Source: the human T2T-CHM13v2.0 reference genome, Homo sapiens. From it: a DNA stretch of 64,000 nucleotides. Each line of letters begins with the position of its first letter. Within the stretch, counting starts at the first letter, position 1. Of the stretch, positions 1 to 18,375 are shown piece by piece. The DNA is taken from the NCBI RefSeq assembly GCF_009914755.1, contig NC_060936.1. One strand, 5' to 3'. Under the pieces are notes generated by a model. That model did not search any database. It saw nothing but the letters and a program-made list of their open reading frames with translations, and was not told the DNA's origin. A program made the position numbers and the translations under genes.

Positions 1-229
1 AAAAAGAAAGAAAGTGGTAACAATGTAAGATGGTGGGTGTTTTAGTTTGCGGTGATCATTTCACAATGTGTATTAAATATCCGGTTGCCCACTTTAAATA
101 TATACAATGTTTACTTTTCAAGCATATTCAGATAAAGCTGGGGGAAAACAAACAGCTTTCTGGGGCCATTGTTTGCAGACCCCTGAGTTAGGGCATTCTG
201 TGATGGCTGGGTCAATTTCACTTCAGCAT

Positions 230-930
230 GGTAAGAGGCACGTGACAAAAACTGGCATGAAAGGGGCTGTTGGAACCAAGGGGCAGGAAAGGGCTGCCCT
301 ATAGGATCCGCCAGAAGACAGACCGGCATTCCACGAAGTGAGCAAATTCCGGAGGAAATAAAGGATTTCCGTTTTAAGGGGTTGGGAGGCAAGAGAAAAG
401 GCTGAGAGGGTGTGTGTGTCTGAAATGGGGTCTCTGGGTGAGAAAACGTGTGAGATAAAGTGCGAGGCTGGAAAAACGCGCACGTGTGCAGGAGGCGGGG
501 ATCTGCTGCACCGAGTGTGCACATTTGCACGAACCGTGGGGGCGTCTGCGGCTGTGGGTGGAGAGGAAATCCTGGATCACACATCTGAGAGAGGGGGTGT
601 GGGTGGGAGTGGGAGAGTATGTAAGAGCGTGGGTCGTGACAGGTGAGGGACTTGTGTGTGCAACTGTGCGTCCTGCGAGAGTGAGGAGGTCTCGGACTGA
701 GGAACTGCGTTCAGTGCTCAGTGGTGAGTTCCCACGCAAGAGCCTGGGGAGTCAACCAGAAAGACCCGAACGCGGGGCGGGCCCAGCGACCTCGGGCGCC
801 ATCTGCTGATTACCAGACGCCACTACCTGAGAAAGGCCCCTCCAGTCCCCTCATTGCCCAGCTGCGGACCCTAAGCGGAGCCATAACCGTCCTACCAACC
901 CACGTCAGCAGAAGAGCCCAGTGGGAGGGC
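230..930. promoter_or_regulatory. Small CpG-enriched putative regulatory element with CTCF motif and E-boxes
   Basis: CpGs visibly retained at 460-900. CACGTG at 239-244 and 481-486; GGGGCGGG at ~774-781; CTCF-like TCAGCAGATGGCGC on the - strand at 796-809. Confidence 0.55.
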
Positions 931-1428
931 GTGTGTTCACTTCTGCTCCTCTGGGCAAAGACGCCCAGGTCAGAAACACCCACCCGACCCTCCCACTACC
1001 CAGAGACAGCCCCACCTGCACAGCTCAGAGCAGGACCACTGACCCTCTGGCTCTCCGGTCATATTTGCTATTGAAGACCAGAATAAAGTATTTTTATCAG
1101 GATTGAATACATGACTCATGAATGAATAAATTCATTCTCCTTACATATCGGTTCCTATTGAGAAATATGGTGGCTAGAATTTATTTCCTCCGGAAAGAGG
1201 AATAAATGTGGAGCCCCTGGGTTTGGTGCTATTTATTACCCATTTCTCTGATGTTGTAAGAAAAGAGAGATTCAGAAGAAATATCACATTTCAGCCCCGA
1301 ACTTACGTAGCTTGCTGCCGTTCTAGGTGATTTACTTAGATTGGCTTCTGCATTTTGACAAATGAGGAAATTGGGAGAATTAAAGCCTCTGGTTTTAAAG
1401 CCTGCTGCTGGGTCAAGTAGAACTGTGA

Positions 1429-2167
<739 letters not shown>

Positions 2168-2924
2168 TAAACACGTTATTAAATCAGTAAAATGAAGGGC
2201 CTGACAAATAAATGACCACTGAGCTAGGATGTAGAAGACCAAGGCCTGGAAGAAGGGGAGTCTGCCTCTTCTGTCACTGGTGAGCTACGACCTTCCCTGT
2301 AGGCACACCCTACGCTGTCCTTCAGGCTGGCTCTCCATGCCCTCGGGGGCCTCGGTCCAAACATCTGGACAAAGGCCCTATGAAAGGACCTCTAACAAAA
2401 TATTTTCCACCATATTCAGCTAGAGTTGCATGTTTTTCTATTTTTCCTAATGAGAACATAGGACTTGAGAACTGATCATGTGTCTTCGCTTTAATTTGAA
2501 ATGATCAGAATAATCTGAAAAAAACAGAACTATTGTCCAGGAAATGAGAGAGAACTGAATTCAATCACTTAAATATATAATCAAATCCCTTCCCCAGCTT
2601 TCCCCCACATGTGCTGGTTTTTTCATTCTCACTCTTCAAACTGATCACCTATTAATCATCTAAAACCACAACAAAATGCTTTTGAAAACTTTTTAAAAAG
2701 AAGTGCATCTCATTTTATGTAAGTTGTGATATAAGAAAAATAGTAAGATTATAAAAATATTTTTTACTTTTGATACAGTGACTAGCAAAGGTAAAAAAAA
2801 AAAAACATAGGACATCGAACGGTCAATTCATTGTCTGGGAAGAGGTTTTGGATTTATTTACCAAGCTTCTAAACATGGATCTTCCTAATCATAGAGAAAA
2901 AGCCCTTTCAAAGCAGTTGTTGTA

Positions 2925-3205
2925 GGCCGGGTGCAGTGGCTCAGGCCTGTAATCCCAACACTTTGGGAGGCTGAGGTGGGTGGATCACCTGAGGTCAGGA
3001 GTTTGAGACTGGCATGGCCAACATGGTGAAACTCCATCTCTATTAAAAATACAAAAATAGATTGTGGTGGTGTACGCCTGTAGTCCCAACTACTCTGGAG
3101 GCTGAGGCGGGAGAATAGCTTGAGCCTGGGAGGTGAAGGTTGCAGTGATCGCGCCACTGCACTCCAGCTTGGGCGACAGAGCGAGACTCCATCTCAAAAG
3201 AAAAA
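2925..3205 (+). mobile_element. Alu
   Basis: GGCCGGGTGCAGTGGCTCA start; A-rich tail. Confidence 0.95.
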
Positions 3206-3774
3206 AGTGTGGTCTAGTGAGGGTGATTTTAAACTGATTAGGTTTAATTCATTTCCTTGATCTAAATATGAAGTGTTTTTACTCTGTGAGCAGAAAGTTT
3301 TTGAAACTAGTTCATGAAGGTGAGTCCAGTGGTATTTTTCTTTTTTACTTCTCAGCCTTCTACGAAAGGCAAATATAAGACAGCAAAATCCAAAGAATGG
3401 AGTTATTAAGGCTGCAAGTGGAGTCCGAGGCCAGTTCCATGCCAGGCATGGTGCGTGCACTGAGAGACAGGGATCCTCTGCTCCAGGAGCCGAAGGCACA
3501 TGCTGTTTTGCTTACTACTGAACTCTACTACACATTTAAAGAAGAACCATTACCAATCCTACTCAAACTCTTCCAAAAAACTAAAGAGGAGGGAACACTT
3601 CCAAACTCACTTTACAAGGCCACCATTACCCTGATACCCAAACCAGACAAGAACACAACAACAAAAAAAAGAAAACTACAGGCCAATATTCCCGATGAAC
3701 ATAGAGCCAAAATCCTCAACAAGATACTAGCAAACTGAATCTAACAGCACATCAAAAAGACCATTCACCATGAT

Positions 3775-4642
<868 letters not shown>

Positions 4643-5971
4643 TGATCAAGTGGGATTCATCCCAGGAATGCAAGGATGGTTCAACACATGCAGATCAATA
4701 AACATGATACATAACCTAAACAGAAGCAAAAACAAAAACCATATGATTATTTCAATAAATGCTGGAAAATAATTTTGTAAAGTTTAGCATATTAAAAACC
4801 CTCATCAAAATGGTTATAGAAATAACATAGCTCAAAAAAAATGAAAGCCATGTATGACAAACCCATAGCTAACATTGTACTGAATGAGGATAAATGGAAG
4901 GTCTTTCCTCTAAGAACTGGAATAAGACAAGGATGCTCACTTTCACCACTTTATTCAACATAATACTGGAAGTCCTGGACAGAGCAATTAGGCAAGAACA
5001 AGAAATAAAGGGCATCCAAATTTGAAAGGAAGAAGTCAAATAAGCCTTGTTCACAGATGACACGTCTTATACCTGGAAAAATCTAAAAACTCTACGAAAA
5101 AACTGTTAGAACTGATAAACAAATTAGTAAAGTTGCAGAATACAAAATCAACATACAAAAATCAGTGGCATTTCTAATTTTTTTTTAGACAGTCTCACTG
5201 GGTTGCCCAGGCTGGAGTGCAGTGGCACGAACATGGCTCACTGCAGCCTTGATCTCTTGGACCTAAGCGATCCTCTCACTTCAGCCTCCCAAGTAGCTGG
5301 GACCACAGGTGCATACCTGGCTAGATTTTTTTTAAATGTTGTAGAGATAAGATGGGGTCTCACCATGTTGCCCAGGCTAGTAGCAGTTCTATACACCAAC
5401 AAAGAACATTCTGAAAAAGAAATCAAGAAAGGAAGCTCATTTACAATAGCACCAAAATAAAAATAAAACACACAGGAATAAATTTACCAAGAAGTGAAAT
5501 AGCTCTACAAGGAAAACTATAAAACACTAATGAAAAAAATTAATGAGGACACAAAAAATGGAAAGATATTACATGTTCATGGATGGCAAGGATTTTATTG
5601 TTAGAATTATAACACTACCCAAAGCAATTTACAGATTCAATGCAATCCCTATCAAAACCAATGACATTCTTCACAGAAAAAGAAAAAATATATAAAATTT
5701 ATGTGGAACCACAGAAGACCTCAACTAGCCAAAGCAATTCTGAGCAAAAAGAACAAAGCTGGCGGCATCACACTATCAGACTTCAAAATATACTACACAG
5801 CTATAGTAACCAAAACAGCATGGTACTGGCATAAAAACAGACCACACAGACAAATAGTACAGAATAGGTAATCCTGATATAAATCCATGCATATGAATTT
5901 ACAACAAATTTTTTTTTTTTTTTTTTTTGGAGACGGAGTCTTCTTGCTCTGTCACCCAGGCTGGAGTGTAG

Positions 5972-6221
<250 letters not shown>

Positions 6222-6862
6222 TAACTCATCTTTGACAAAGGTGCCAAGAACATACATGGGGAAAAGGTCAGTCTTTTCAATAAATGGTGCTGGAGAAACT
6301 GGATAAGTATACACAGAATGAAACTAAACTATTTTTGTCTCTTACCACACACAACAATCAAATCAAAATGGAATAAAGGCTTAAAACTTTTTGGAGGCAG
6401 GATCTTGCTCTGTCACTCAGGCTGGAGTACAGGGGCATTATCCTGGCTCATTGAAGCCTTGACCTTCCCGGGCTCCAGTGACCTTCCTGCCTCAGCCTCC
6501 CAAGTGGCTGGGACTATATGGACACACGCCACCATGCCCAGCTAATTTTTGTATTTTTTGTAGAGATAGGGTTTTGCCATGTTGCCTAGGCTAGTCTCAA
6601 ACTCCTGAACTCAAGCAATCCTCTGCTTTGGCCTCCCAAAGTTCTGGGATTACAGACCTGTGCCACCATGCCCAGCAAGACTTAAATCTAAGATCTGAAA
6701 CTATGAAACTACTAGAAGAAAACATTGGGAAAATGTTCCAGGACATTGCTCTAGGCAAAGACTTTTTGTGTAGGACCTCGAAAGCACAGGCAACCAAAGC
6801 AAAAATAGACAGTTGGAATTACATCAAGCTAAAAAATAAGGGAAACAATGAAGTGAAGAGAT

Positions 6863-7343
6863 TGATGCAGGGCAGGTGAACCCCAAAATTAGCCCGGGAG
6901 GGTTCTTGGCTTTGCCCAGGAAATAATTCAAGGGCGAGCTGGTGGTGTTAGGCAGCAACTTTTATTGAAGCAGCCGTGTACAGCAGTAACAGAGGTACTG
7001 CTCCCTGTTGAGCAGGGTCACCCCATAGGCAGTGTGCCCAGAGCAGCAGCTCAGGGGCAGTTCTGCAGTCCTATTTATACCTACTTTTAATTATATGCAA
7101 ATTAAGAGGTGAATTATGCAGAAATTTCTAGAAAAAGGGTAGTAACTTTCAGGTCGTTGAGTTGTTGCCATGGAAGGGGGCAGTAACTTCCAAATGTTGC
7201 CATGGCAATGGTAAACTAACATGGTACAATGGTGGCCAAGTCTTAGGGAGAGATGCTTTTGCCTCTTCCCTGTTTTAGCTAGTCCTCAATCTGGTCTGAT
7301 GTCTGAGCCCTGCCACTGGCATCAAGTCCCACCTCCTACTTCA
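6863..7343 (-). mobile_element. Solo ERV1-class LTR (MER50/MER4-group-like) inserted in L1
   Basis: TG...CA termini; 4-bp TSD AGAT/AGAC; AATAAA on the - strand at ~6961-6966. L1 rejoins as gtgaagaga|caaccc. Confidence 0.85.
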
Positions 7344-8029
7344 AGACAACCCATCAGATAGGAGAAAATATTTGCAAACCATCTCACAAGGGATTAATAA
7401 CCAGAATATATAAGGAGCTCAAACAACTCAATAGTAAAAAAACAAATAATCCAATTTTAAAATGGGCAAATGATCTGAACAGATATTTCTCAAAAGCAGA
7501 CATTAAAATGGCCAACGTGGCTGGGTGTCGGTGGCTCATGCCTGTAATCCCAGCACATTGGGAGGCCAAGGTGGAAGAATTACTTGAGGCCAGTAGTTAC
7601 GACAAGCTTGGGCAACACGATGTAATTCTGTTTCTACAAAAAATAAAAAATTATCTGGGCATGGTGGCATGTGCCTGTAGTCCCAGCTACTCAGGAGGGT
7701 GAAGCAGGAGACTTGCTTTATCCCAGGATAAAGAAGATGTGGCATATAAACATTCAGCCGTACAAAAGAATGACATCTTGTCATTTGCAGCAACATGGAT
7801 GGACCTGGAGACTATTATGTTAAGAGAAACAAGCCAAGCACAGAAAGACAAATATCACATGTCCTTACTCATCTGTGGAAGCTAAATAAGCAGATCTCAT
7901 GAAGATGGAGAGCAGATTGATTGTTAACAGAAGCAGCAAAGAGAAGAGGGAAAGGGAGATACAAGGGGGAAAAAAATACATATATAACTTTATTTATTAC
8001 CACCAATTTTCACTTAAAAATGGTAAAGA

Positions 8030-8515
8030 TGGCCAGGCGCGGTGGCTCACACCTATGATCTCAGCATTCTGGGAGGCCAAGGTGGGAGGATTGCTAGAGC
8101 CCAGGAGTGCAAGGTTACAGTGGCCTATGATCAAGCCACTGCACCCCAGCCTGGGTGACAGAGCGAGATACTGTCTCAAAAAAAAAAAAAAAAAAAGTAA
8201 AGCCAGGCACAGTGGCTCATGCCTGTAATCCTAGCACTTTGGGAGGCCGAGGTGGGCAGATCACCTGAGGTCAGGAGTTCGAGACCAGCCTGGCCAACAT
8301 GGTGAAATCCCATCTCTACTAAAAATACAAAAGTTAGCCAGGTGTGATGTCAGGCACCTGTAATCCCAGCTACTCAGGAGGCTGAGGCAGGAGAATCACT
8401 TGAACCCGGGAGGTGGAGGTTGCATGAGCCAAGATCGCGCCACTGCACTCCAACCTGTGTGACAGACCAAGACTCCGTCTCAAAAATAAAAAATAAAAGA
8501 AGAAAAATAAATAAA
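8030..8515 (+). mobile_element. Tandem Alu monomer plus full Alu
   Basis: Two Alu heads, each with an A-tail. Confidence 0.92.
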
Positions 8516-9011
8516 AGTAAAGATGACAAATTATATGTGTATATTTTACCTCAATAAAAAGAGTGTTGCTAATTTCCACATTTTTGAATTTTCCTGTTTT
8601 CCTTCTGCTATTCATCTCCAGTTTCATTGCACTGGATATTCAATACAGACCCATTTTGGGCTCATTTATATAATACCTTGTTCAGATCTATTTGCTTATA
8701 TTTTCTCTTTCTCCACACACAGAAAAAGCCAAGAATTTGTCATTCTGACCCTGATTTGGCTTTCTCTGGGAAATCAAGTCCCTCTTCCTACAATATAAAA
8801 AGCAAAGGCTTGACAGAGCCCTGGCTTCACTTCCATCCATCTATAAAGTGTTTTCAATGGAGAGTTTTACCAATGAGGTCTGTTTAGATCCGGCAAAGAG
8901 AAGAATCTGCTGACAGTCACATGGAAGAGAATTGGCAACTAAAATAAAATAAAAGCCAATTCTTGGCCCAGTGATTATTGGGTACATCAGAGTATGTTAT
9001 CCATGAATTCA

Positions 9012-9377
<366 letters not shown>

Positions 9378-10019
9378 TCAGAATGACTAATGCAGGTTAT
9401 TAGTAATATTCTAGTACAATACCGGGCTTTAAAAAATAAAAATTTCTGGGCTTCTAGACAAAAAAGCGCAAGTGACATAATAAGGGAAAGAAATTAGAAT
9501 CTACCTTTTTGAGAGCAATACTTTGTACCTGAGGAAAATGGAGTACATATTTAAGAAAAGAAACTGTAAACCGTGAATGTTATATCCAGCAAAACTCACA
9601 TTTGGGTAGAGAAGACCCTGACGTGCCATGCTGTGACAGAAGACCTCAGGTGCTATTATTCCCATGATCTCTTCCAGAGAAATAACAAACTTCAGACAAC
9701 AAAATGCCTAGAAAGACATTGACACAGGGCAGATCTTGAGTCCTAAATTTGCTACTTGTATAAATAAGACTAAATGAGGGTGATATGAGAGGGTGTGGGG
9801 CCCCTCCCAAGATCAGGTTCACAGGGTGCTAAGACCTGTTTGCTGCTCTTTGCTGGGTGTATGATCTGTCCACAGAGAGTGTCTATAAATATCTTACAGG
9901 AGCAAATTAATCCGGGCATTTACCTAGGCAGTCCTCAGGAGACTGGTGCCCTGGCTAGTGAAACAGGTACAGATGAAAGAGAAGGTCTGTAGGACTGCAC
10001 AATGAAAAGACAGAGTCCT

Positions 10020-10340
10020 GGCTGGGCATGGTGGCTCACGTCTATAATTCCAGCATTTTGATAGACTGAGGCAGGTGGATCACCTGAGGTCAGGAGTTCG
10101 AGAACAGCCTGGCCAACATGGTGAAACCCCACCTCTACAAAAATACAAAAATTAGCCAGGCATGATGGCAGACGCCTATAATCCCAGCTACCTGGGAGGC
10201 TGAGGCAGGAGAATCACTTGAACCCAGAGGTGCAGATTGCAGTGAGCCAAGATGGCACCACTGCACTCCAGCCTGGGTGACAGAGTGAGACTCTGTCTCA
10301 AAAAAAAAAAATAAAAAGAAAGAAAGAAAGAAAAGAAAAA
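10020..10340 (+). mobile_element. Alu
   Basis: Full dimer; TSD acagagtcc on both sides. Confidence 0.95.
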
Positions 10341-10626
10341 ACAGAGTCCCATGTACCTGGGCCCTGTGAGGAGCCAGAGGTCTGATGACATGGAGTAGTC
10401 GGGGGATAGTGGCGACCCTGTCCCTCTACTTGAACCATCAATATGATCCAGCCAGGAGGCCTGCACATTAAATATGGACAGCATCCTGGAGCTCTTTTCT
10501 TTTTCTGCTAATAATCACTATTCTCTCTACCACCACCACAACCAAACTTTGCCTGTGCTTTTCAATTAAAAAAAAAAAAATCACAGAGAGTGGAGCAGGA
10601 TGGCTGAATAGAAACCAACACCATTT

Positions 10627-10972
<346 letters not shown>

Positions 10973-11724
10973 CTACACACAAAAAGCACCATCACAAGAA
11001 CCAAAAATCAGGTGAACAATCACAGTACCCGGTTTTAACCTTATATCGCTGAAAGAGATGCTGAAGAGGGCAGGAAAGACAGTCTTGAGTTGCTGATGCC
11101 ACCCATCCCCCACCCCCCAGCAGCAGCCCCGTGGCACGGAGAATCAGTGTGCTTTGGAGAGGGAGAGCATAGCAATTGTGAGACTTCGCATTGAACTCGG
11201 TGCTGCATTGTCACAGCAGAAAGCAGAACCGAGGTGTACTTCGCTGACACTGGCTCACACAAGGAGCGCTTGGACTGGCACTCACCGGAATTGCCCATCT
11301 TAGCAGTTGGAGCTTGAGTTCTGGCAAGCCTTGCCACTGCGAGCTGGAGTGCTCTGGGGCCCTTAGCAGACTTGAGGGGCAGTTTAGGCCATCAGGACTG
11401 CAATTCACAGGCAAACCCGAGTGCCGAGCTGGGCTCACAACCAGTGGACTGTGGAGTCAGGGGCACACAACCTCCTGAGACATTAGCTGGGGCAGCTAAG
11501 GGAGTTCTTTGGGCCACCCCCTACTCCCACCCCTGGCAGTGGCCATGTGGCACAGACAGATCTGTGCATTTGGGAGAGGGAGAGCTAGCAACTTGGGGAC
11601 TTTACATTGAACTCAGTGCTGTCCCATCACAGCAGAGACCTGGCAGCATTCATCATCTGCTGACTAAGGAGCCCCTGGGCCCTGTATAACCAACAGCCAT
11701 AGCCAGGTAATATGCTGCAGGCAT

Positions 11725-11856
11725 CTACAGCCAACTCAGCTGGCTGAGTTCCTCGCCTCATGGGGGACGTGTGCAATGGCTGCAAACAGCAGCTTCCTTG
11801 GTGGTGTATGCAGCCTGTTTCTTGTATGGCTGCTCTAAGGGACCTTGGAGACAGGC
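11725..11856 (+). ncRNA. SNORA70: SNORA70 (U70) H/ACA snoRNA retrocopy, probably inactive
   Basis: Closely matches recalled U70 (cagccaa..ctgagttcct..cctcatgggg..tggctgca..cagcagcttccttgg..ctctaagggaccttggagacaggc). H box ACAGCA 11786-11791; ACA box 11851-11853, 3 nt from the end. Followed directly by RPL10 host-gene sequence. Confidence 0.88.
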
Positions 11857-12279
11857 CCTCAGATGGATGTTCATGTCTCTGACCTTGCACTACCCCAATG
11901 TAGGCTCCAAAAAGGTATGCGAGGTGCTTTTGGAAAGCCCCGGGGCACCGTGGCTGGGGTTCACATTGGCCAATTATCATGTCCATCCGCCTTGAACCCA
12001 GAGAACAAGGAGCATGTGATTAAGGCCCTGCTCAGGGCCAAGTTCAAGTTTCCTGGCTGCCAGAAGATCCACATCTCACAGAAGTGGGTCTTCACCAAGT
12101 TCAGTGAAGATGAATTTGAAGACACGGTGGCTGAGAAGTGGCTCATCTGAGATGGGTGTGGGGTCAAGTACATCCTCATTGTGGCCCTCTGGACAAGTAG
12201 TGGGCCCTGCACTCGTGAGGGCTTCTGCTGTGCTGCCCCTTCTTAATACTCACCACTAAATCCTACTTCCCATCCACCT
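11857..12279 (+). pseudogene. RPL10: Partial RPL10 processed pseudogene (intron 3' end, last two exons spliced, 3'UTR)
   Basis: Intron remnant ends tag at 11901-11903, then [55 protein letters not shown]. Frameshift near 11970-11995; stops at 12148-12150 and 12198-12200; poly(A) signal decayed to ACTAAA (12255-12260). Confidence 0.95.
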
Positions 12280-13650
12280 GTGGGCACTGGGCTCTGAGAC
12301 ATGCTGGCTTCAGGTGTGATCCAGCACATTTCCGGCTGTGGTGGCTACAGTGAAAGATGCCTTCTGTTTGAGAAAAGCAGGAGGAAGAGTAAAGGGGACT
12401 TTGTCTTGCCCCTTAGGTACCAGCTCAGCCACAGTGGGGTAGAGCACCAAGCAGGCTCTTGGGGTCCCTGAGTACAGGCCTAGGCTGTTGGTCAGCATTT
12501 GCGGACCTGCCCTGGGCCAAGGGGAGCCCACTGCCTGAAGGATGAGTCACAGGCCTGATAGCATTCATCGCAGGCTGCCTGAAGAGCCCTCGGGGTTTTT
12601 GTGAACATCAGCAGTGGCCTGGCAGAACTCCTTGCAGGCTGGTGGAAGTGGTGGCCACAAGGAGAGGTTCCTCTGACTGAGGAAAGGGGAGTGAAGAGTG
12701 GGAAGGACTTTGTCTTGTGGTTTGAGTGCCAGCTTACCTGCAGTGGAATGATACATCTATAGAATTCTATTCTATCTTAGAATAGAATTCTAAGGTTTAT
12801 CAATCCCTGGCTCCCAGACAGCATCTCTGGACCTTCCCAGGGAACTCACTGCCCTGAAGGGAGGGACAACACCCTGGCTGGTTTTGCCACCTGCTGATTG
12901 TAGAGTCCCAGGCCCTTGAGTGAATTCAGGTGATGGCCAGGTAGCAGTTCTAGCAGACCTTAGGTGAGACCCAGTGCTGGGCTGCTTCAGGTCTGAACCA
13001 GTGCAGTCCCAGTGGTGATGGCCACAGGGGTTCTTGTGTCCTTCCACCCCCAGTTCCAAGAGGCCTAGCTTGGAGAGAGAGAGAGAGAGACTCCATTTGT
13101 TTGGAAGAAAGCAAGGGAAAAGAACAAGAATCTCTGCCTGGTAATGCAGAGAATTCTTCTGGATCTTCTCCAAGACCACTAAGGTGGTACCTTTACGAGT
13201 CCGCAGAACTACAGTTTTATTGGGTTCAGGGTTCAAGTCCCTTTGAATACCTGAAAAGCCTTCCCAAGAATCACAGGCACAAATAAGCCCAGACTGTGAA
13301 GACTACAATAAATGCCTAACTCTTCACTGCTCAGACACTGATGAATATCCATAAGCATCAACACCACGCAGGAAAACATGACCTCACCAAACTGAATAAG
13401 GCACCAGGGACCAATCACGGAGAAACAAAAATAGGCAACCTTTCAGGCAGACAATTTGAAAGAGCTGTATTGAGGAAACTCAAAGCAATTCAAGATGACA
13501 CAGAGAAGGAATTCAGATTTCCTATCAGATGAATGTAACAAGGAAATAGAAATAATTAAAAAGAATCAAGAGGAAATTCTAGAGTTGAAAATGAAATTGA
13601 CATACTGAAGAATGCATCAGAGTCTTAATAGCAGAATTGATCAAGCAGAA

Positions 13651-14420
<770 letters not shown>

Positions 14421-15177
14421 CTAAAGCTATTCCAGTTCCCTAGGGGATTGCTAATAACCGGTGCAGCTGCTGAGACAGGGAAAGGGGCCTAATTCCTTTT
14501 GCAAAACAAGGAGCAATATTTATATGAGAACTCAGTACATTTCATCACATAAAAATTGCAAAACGCCAGGCTCTGTCATTTTTAAACTAATATTTTTGGG
14601 AGTCCACCAAACAGTCTCTAAGATGGAACTGATTGTGAATATGCTGGTGCCAGGTGCAATGGCTCACACCTGTAATCCCAGCTACTTGGGAGGCTGAGGT
14701 GGGAGGATCACCTGAAGCCAGGAGTTCGAGGCCAGCCTGGGCCTCTCTAAAAAAAAAAAAGCTGTAAGTCAAATGATATAGCCTCTAGAAGCCACAGTTT
14801 GCTCATTTACAAACTGGAGGAGAATAAGATGAGAATTGTCTGATATTGAGGATCAGAAAGTGCTTCATGATGCATAAAGCAGGTAATGGATTATCAATGC
14901 TTTGCTGCTCAGACACACAGCAATGGGTTCATACCATTCTGAGAGTCTAAATTTAGGACGTGGTGTGACCAAAATTACCAGTAATTAAGTTTCTTATGTT
15001 TCTGAGGCTCTGCTTCCTCATCTGTACACTGTGGCAAGACCTTGTTCTGACTATGCACTGAGGATAAAATAAGGCCTTTTGAAAAAGATGATGACACTGA
15101 CCACTAATTAATGATTTCAATGTTCCCGTCCAAGGTCAGGCAAAAGCAATGCAGAGCCATAGAGAATGTTGGTGCAA

Positions 15178-15196
15178 CACTGCCCTCTGCTGGTCA
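15178..15196 (-). promoter_or_regulatory. CTCF motif
   Basis: Reverse complement TGACCAGCAGAGGGCAGTG fits the CTCF core CCASYAGRKGGCRS exactly. Confidence 0.6.
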
Positions 15197-15832
15197 GTAG
15201 CAGCACCACCATGGTTACAGAGAGGAAAAGGTCTTTACAAAGGGATTCCTGGGAAACTGAGGCAGAGAGTGGAAGGGATTTGCTCAAGGGCACAGAGTTA
15301 GCTTTGGACAAAGTGATGGCTCGAATCTGAGATTCCTAATTCCTAGTTCTTTCTAGAGGGAGAAAAATAAGGGCTGGAAACTAGTGGATTGTCGTTTCAC
15401 TCTCACTAGGCTCTGCACGGCATTTTAAATAGGCTGATTGGAATTTCTCTCTCCTGTTCTTCCCTTGCCACCCATACTGCTCGGGTTTCTTGTCCTTTTC
15501 TTCATACCAGGATAACCATCTGTGTGGCCCCATAAGGCCCAAAGTCCTCTTGGGTGCTGCCGGAGTTCCAACAACCAGTAAAGCACGGAAGCTGGGATCT
15601 GAACACTCACTTGAGACCCCAAGGCCCACAATCTATTTGCCACCAAAAAACAAGACAAAGCAAAACACCATGGTAACTTGTGTTGAAAAAGATAGATCTT
15701 GTGTTTTGTTATTTCCCCGAATGGTATTTGTTGGGCAGACACATGTGTGTGTACAGGGTAGCAGTCAGGATGGACCACAGGCCCCCACACTACGAAACCC
15801 TTCAGACTCTCCCACAGAAATGAGGGGAACTG

Positions 15833-18375
<2,543 letters not shown>

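Noticed and set aside
107-236. Possible exon ending at ATG|gtaaga (230/231), considered as an OAS-family remnant
   Set aside because: No recognisable OAS motif in any frame; a donor motif alone is not enough.
3397-3738. L1 ORF2-like ORF as an active element
   Set aside because: Short fragment of a truncated, multiply interrupted L1.
11845-12150. RPL10-like ORF as a functional retrogene
   Set aside because: Lacks the first ~110 codons and has a frameshift and premature stops.
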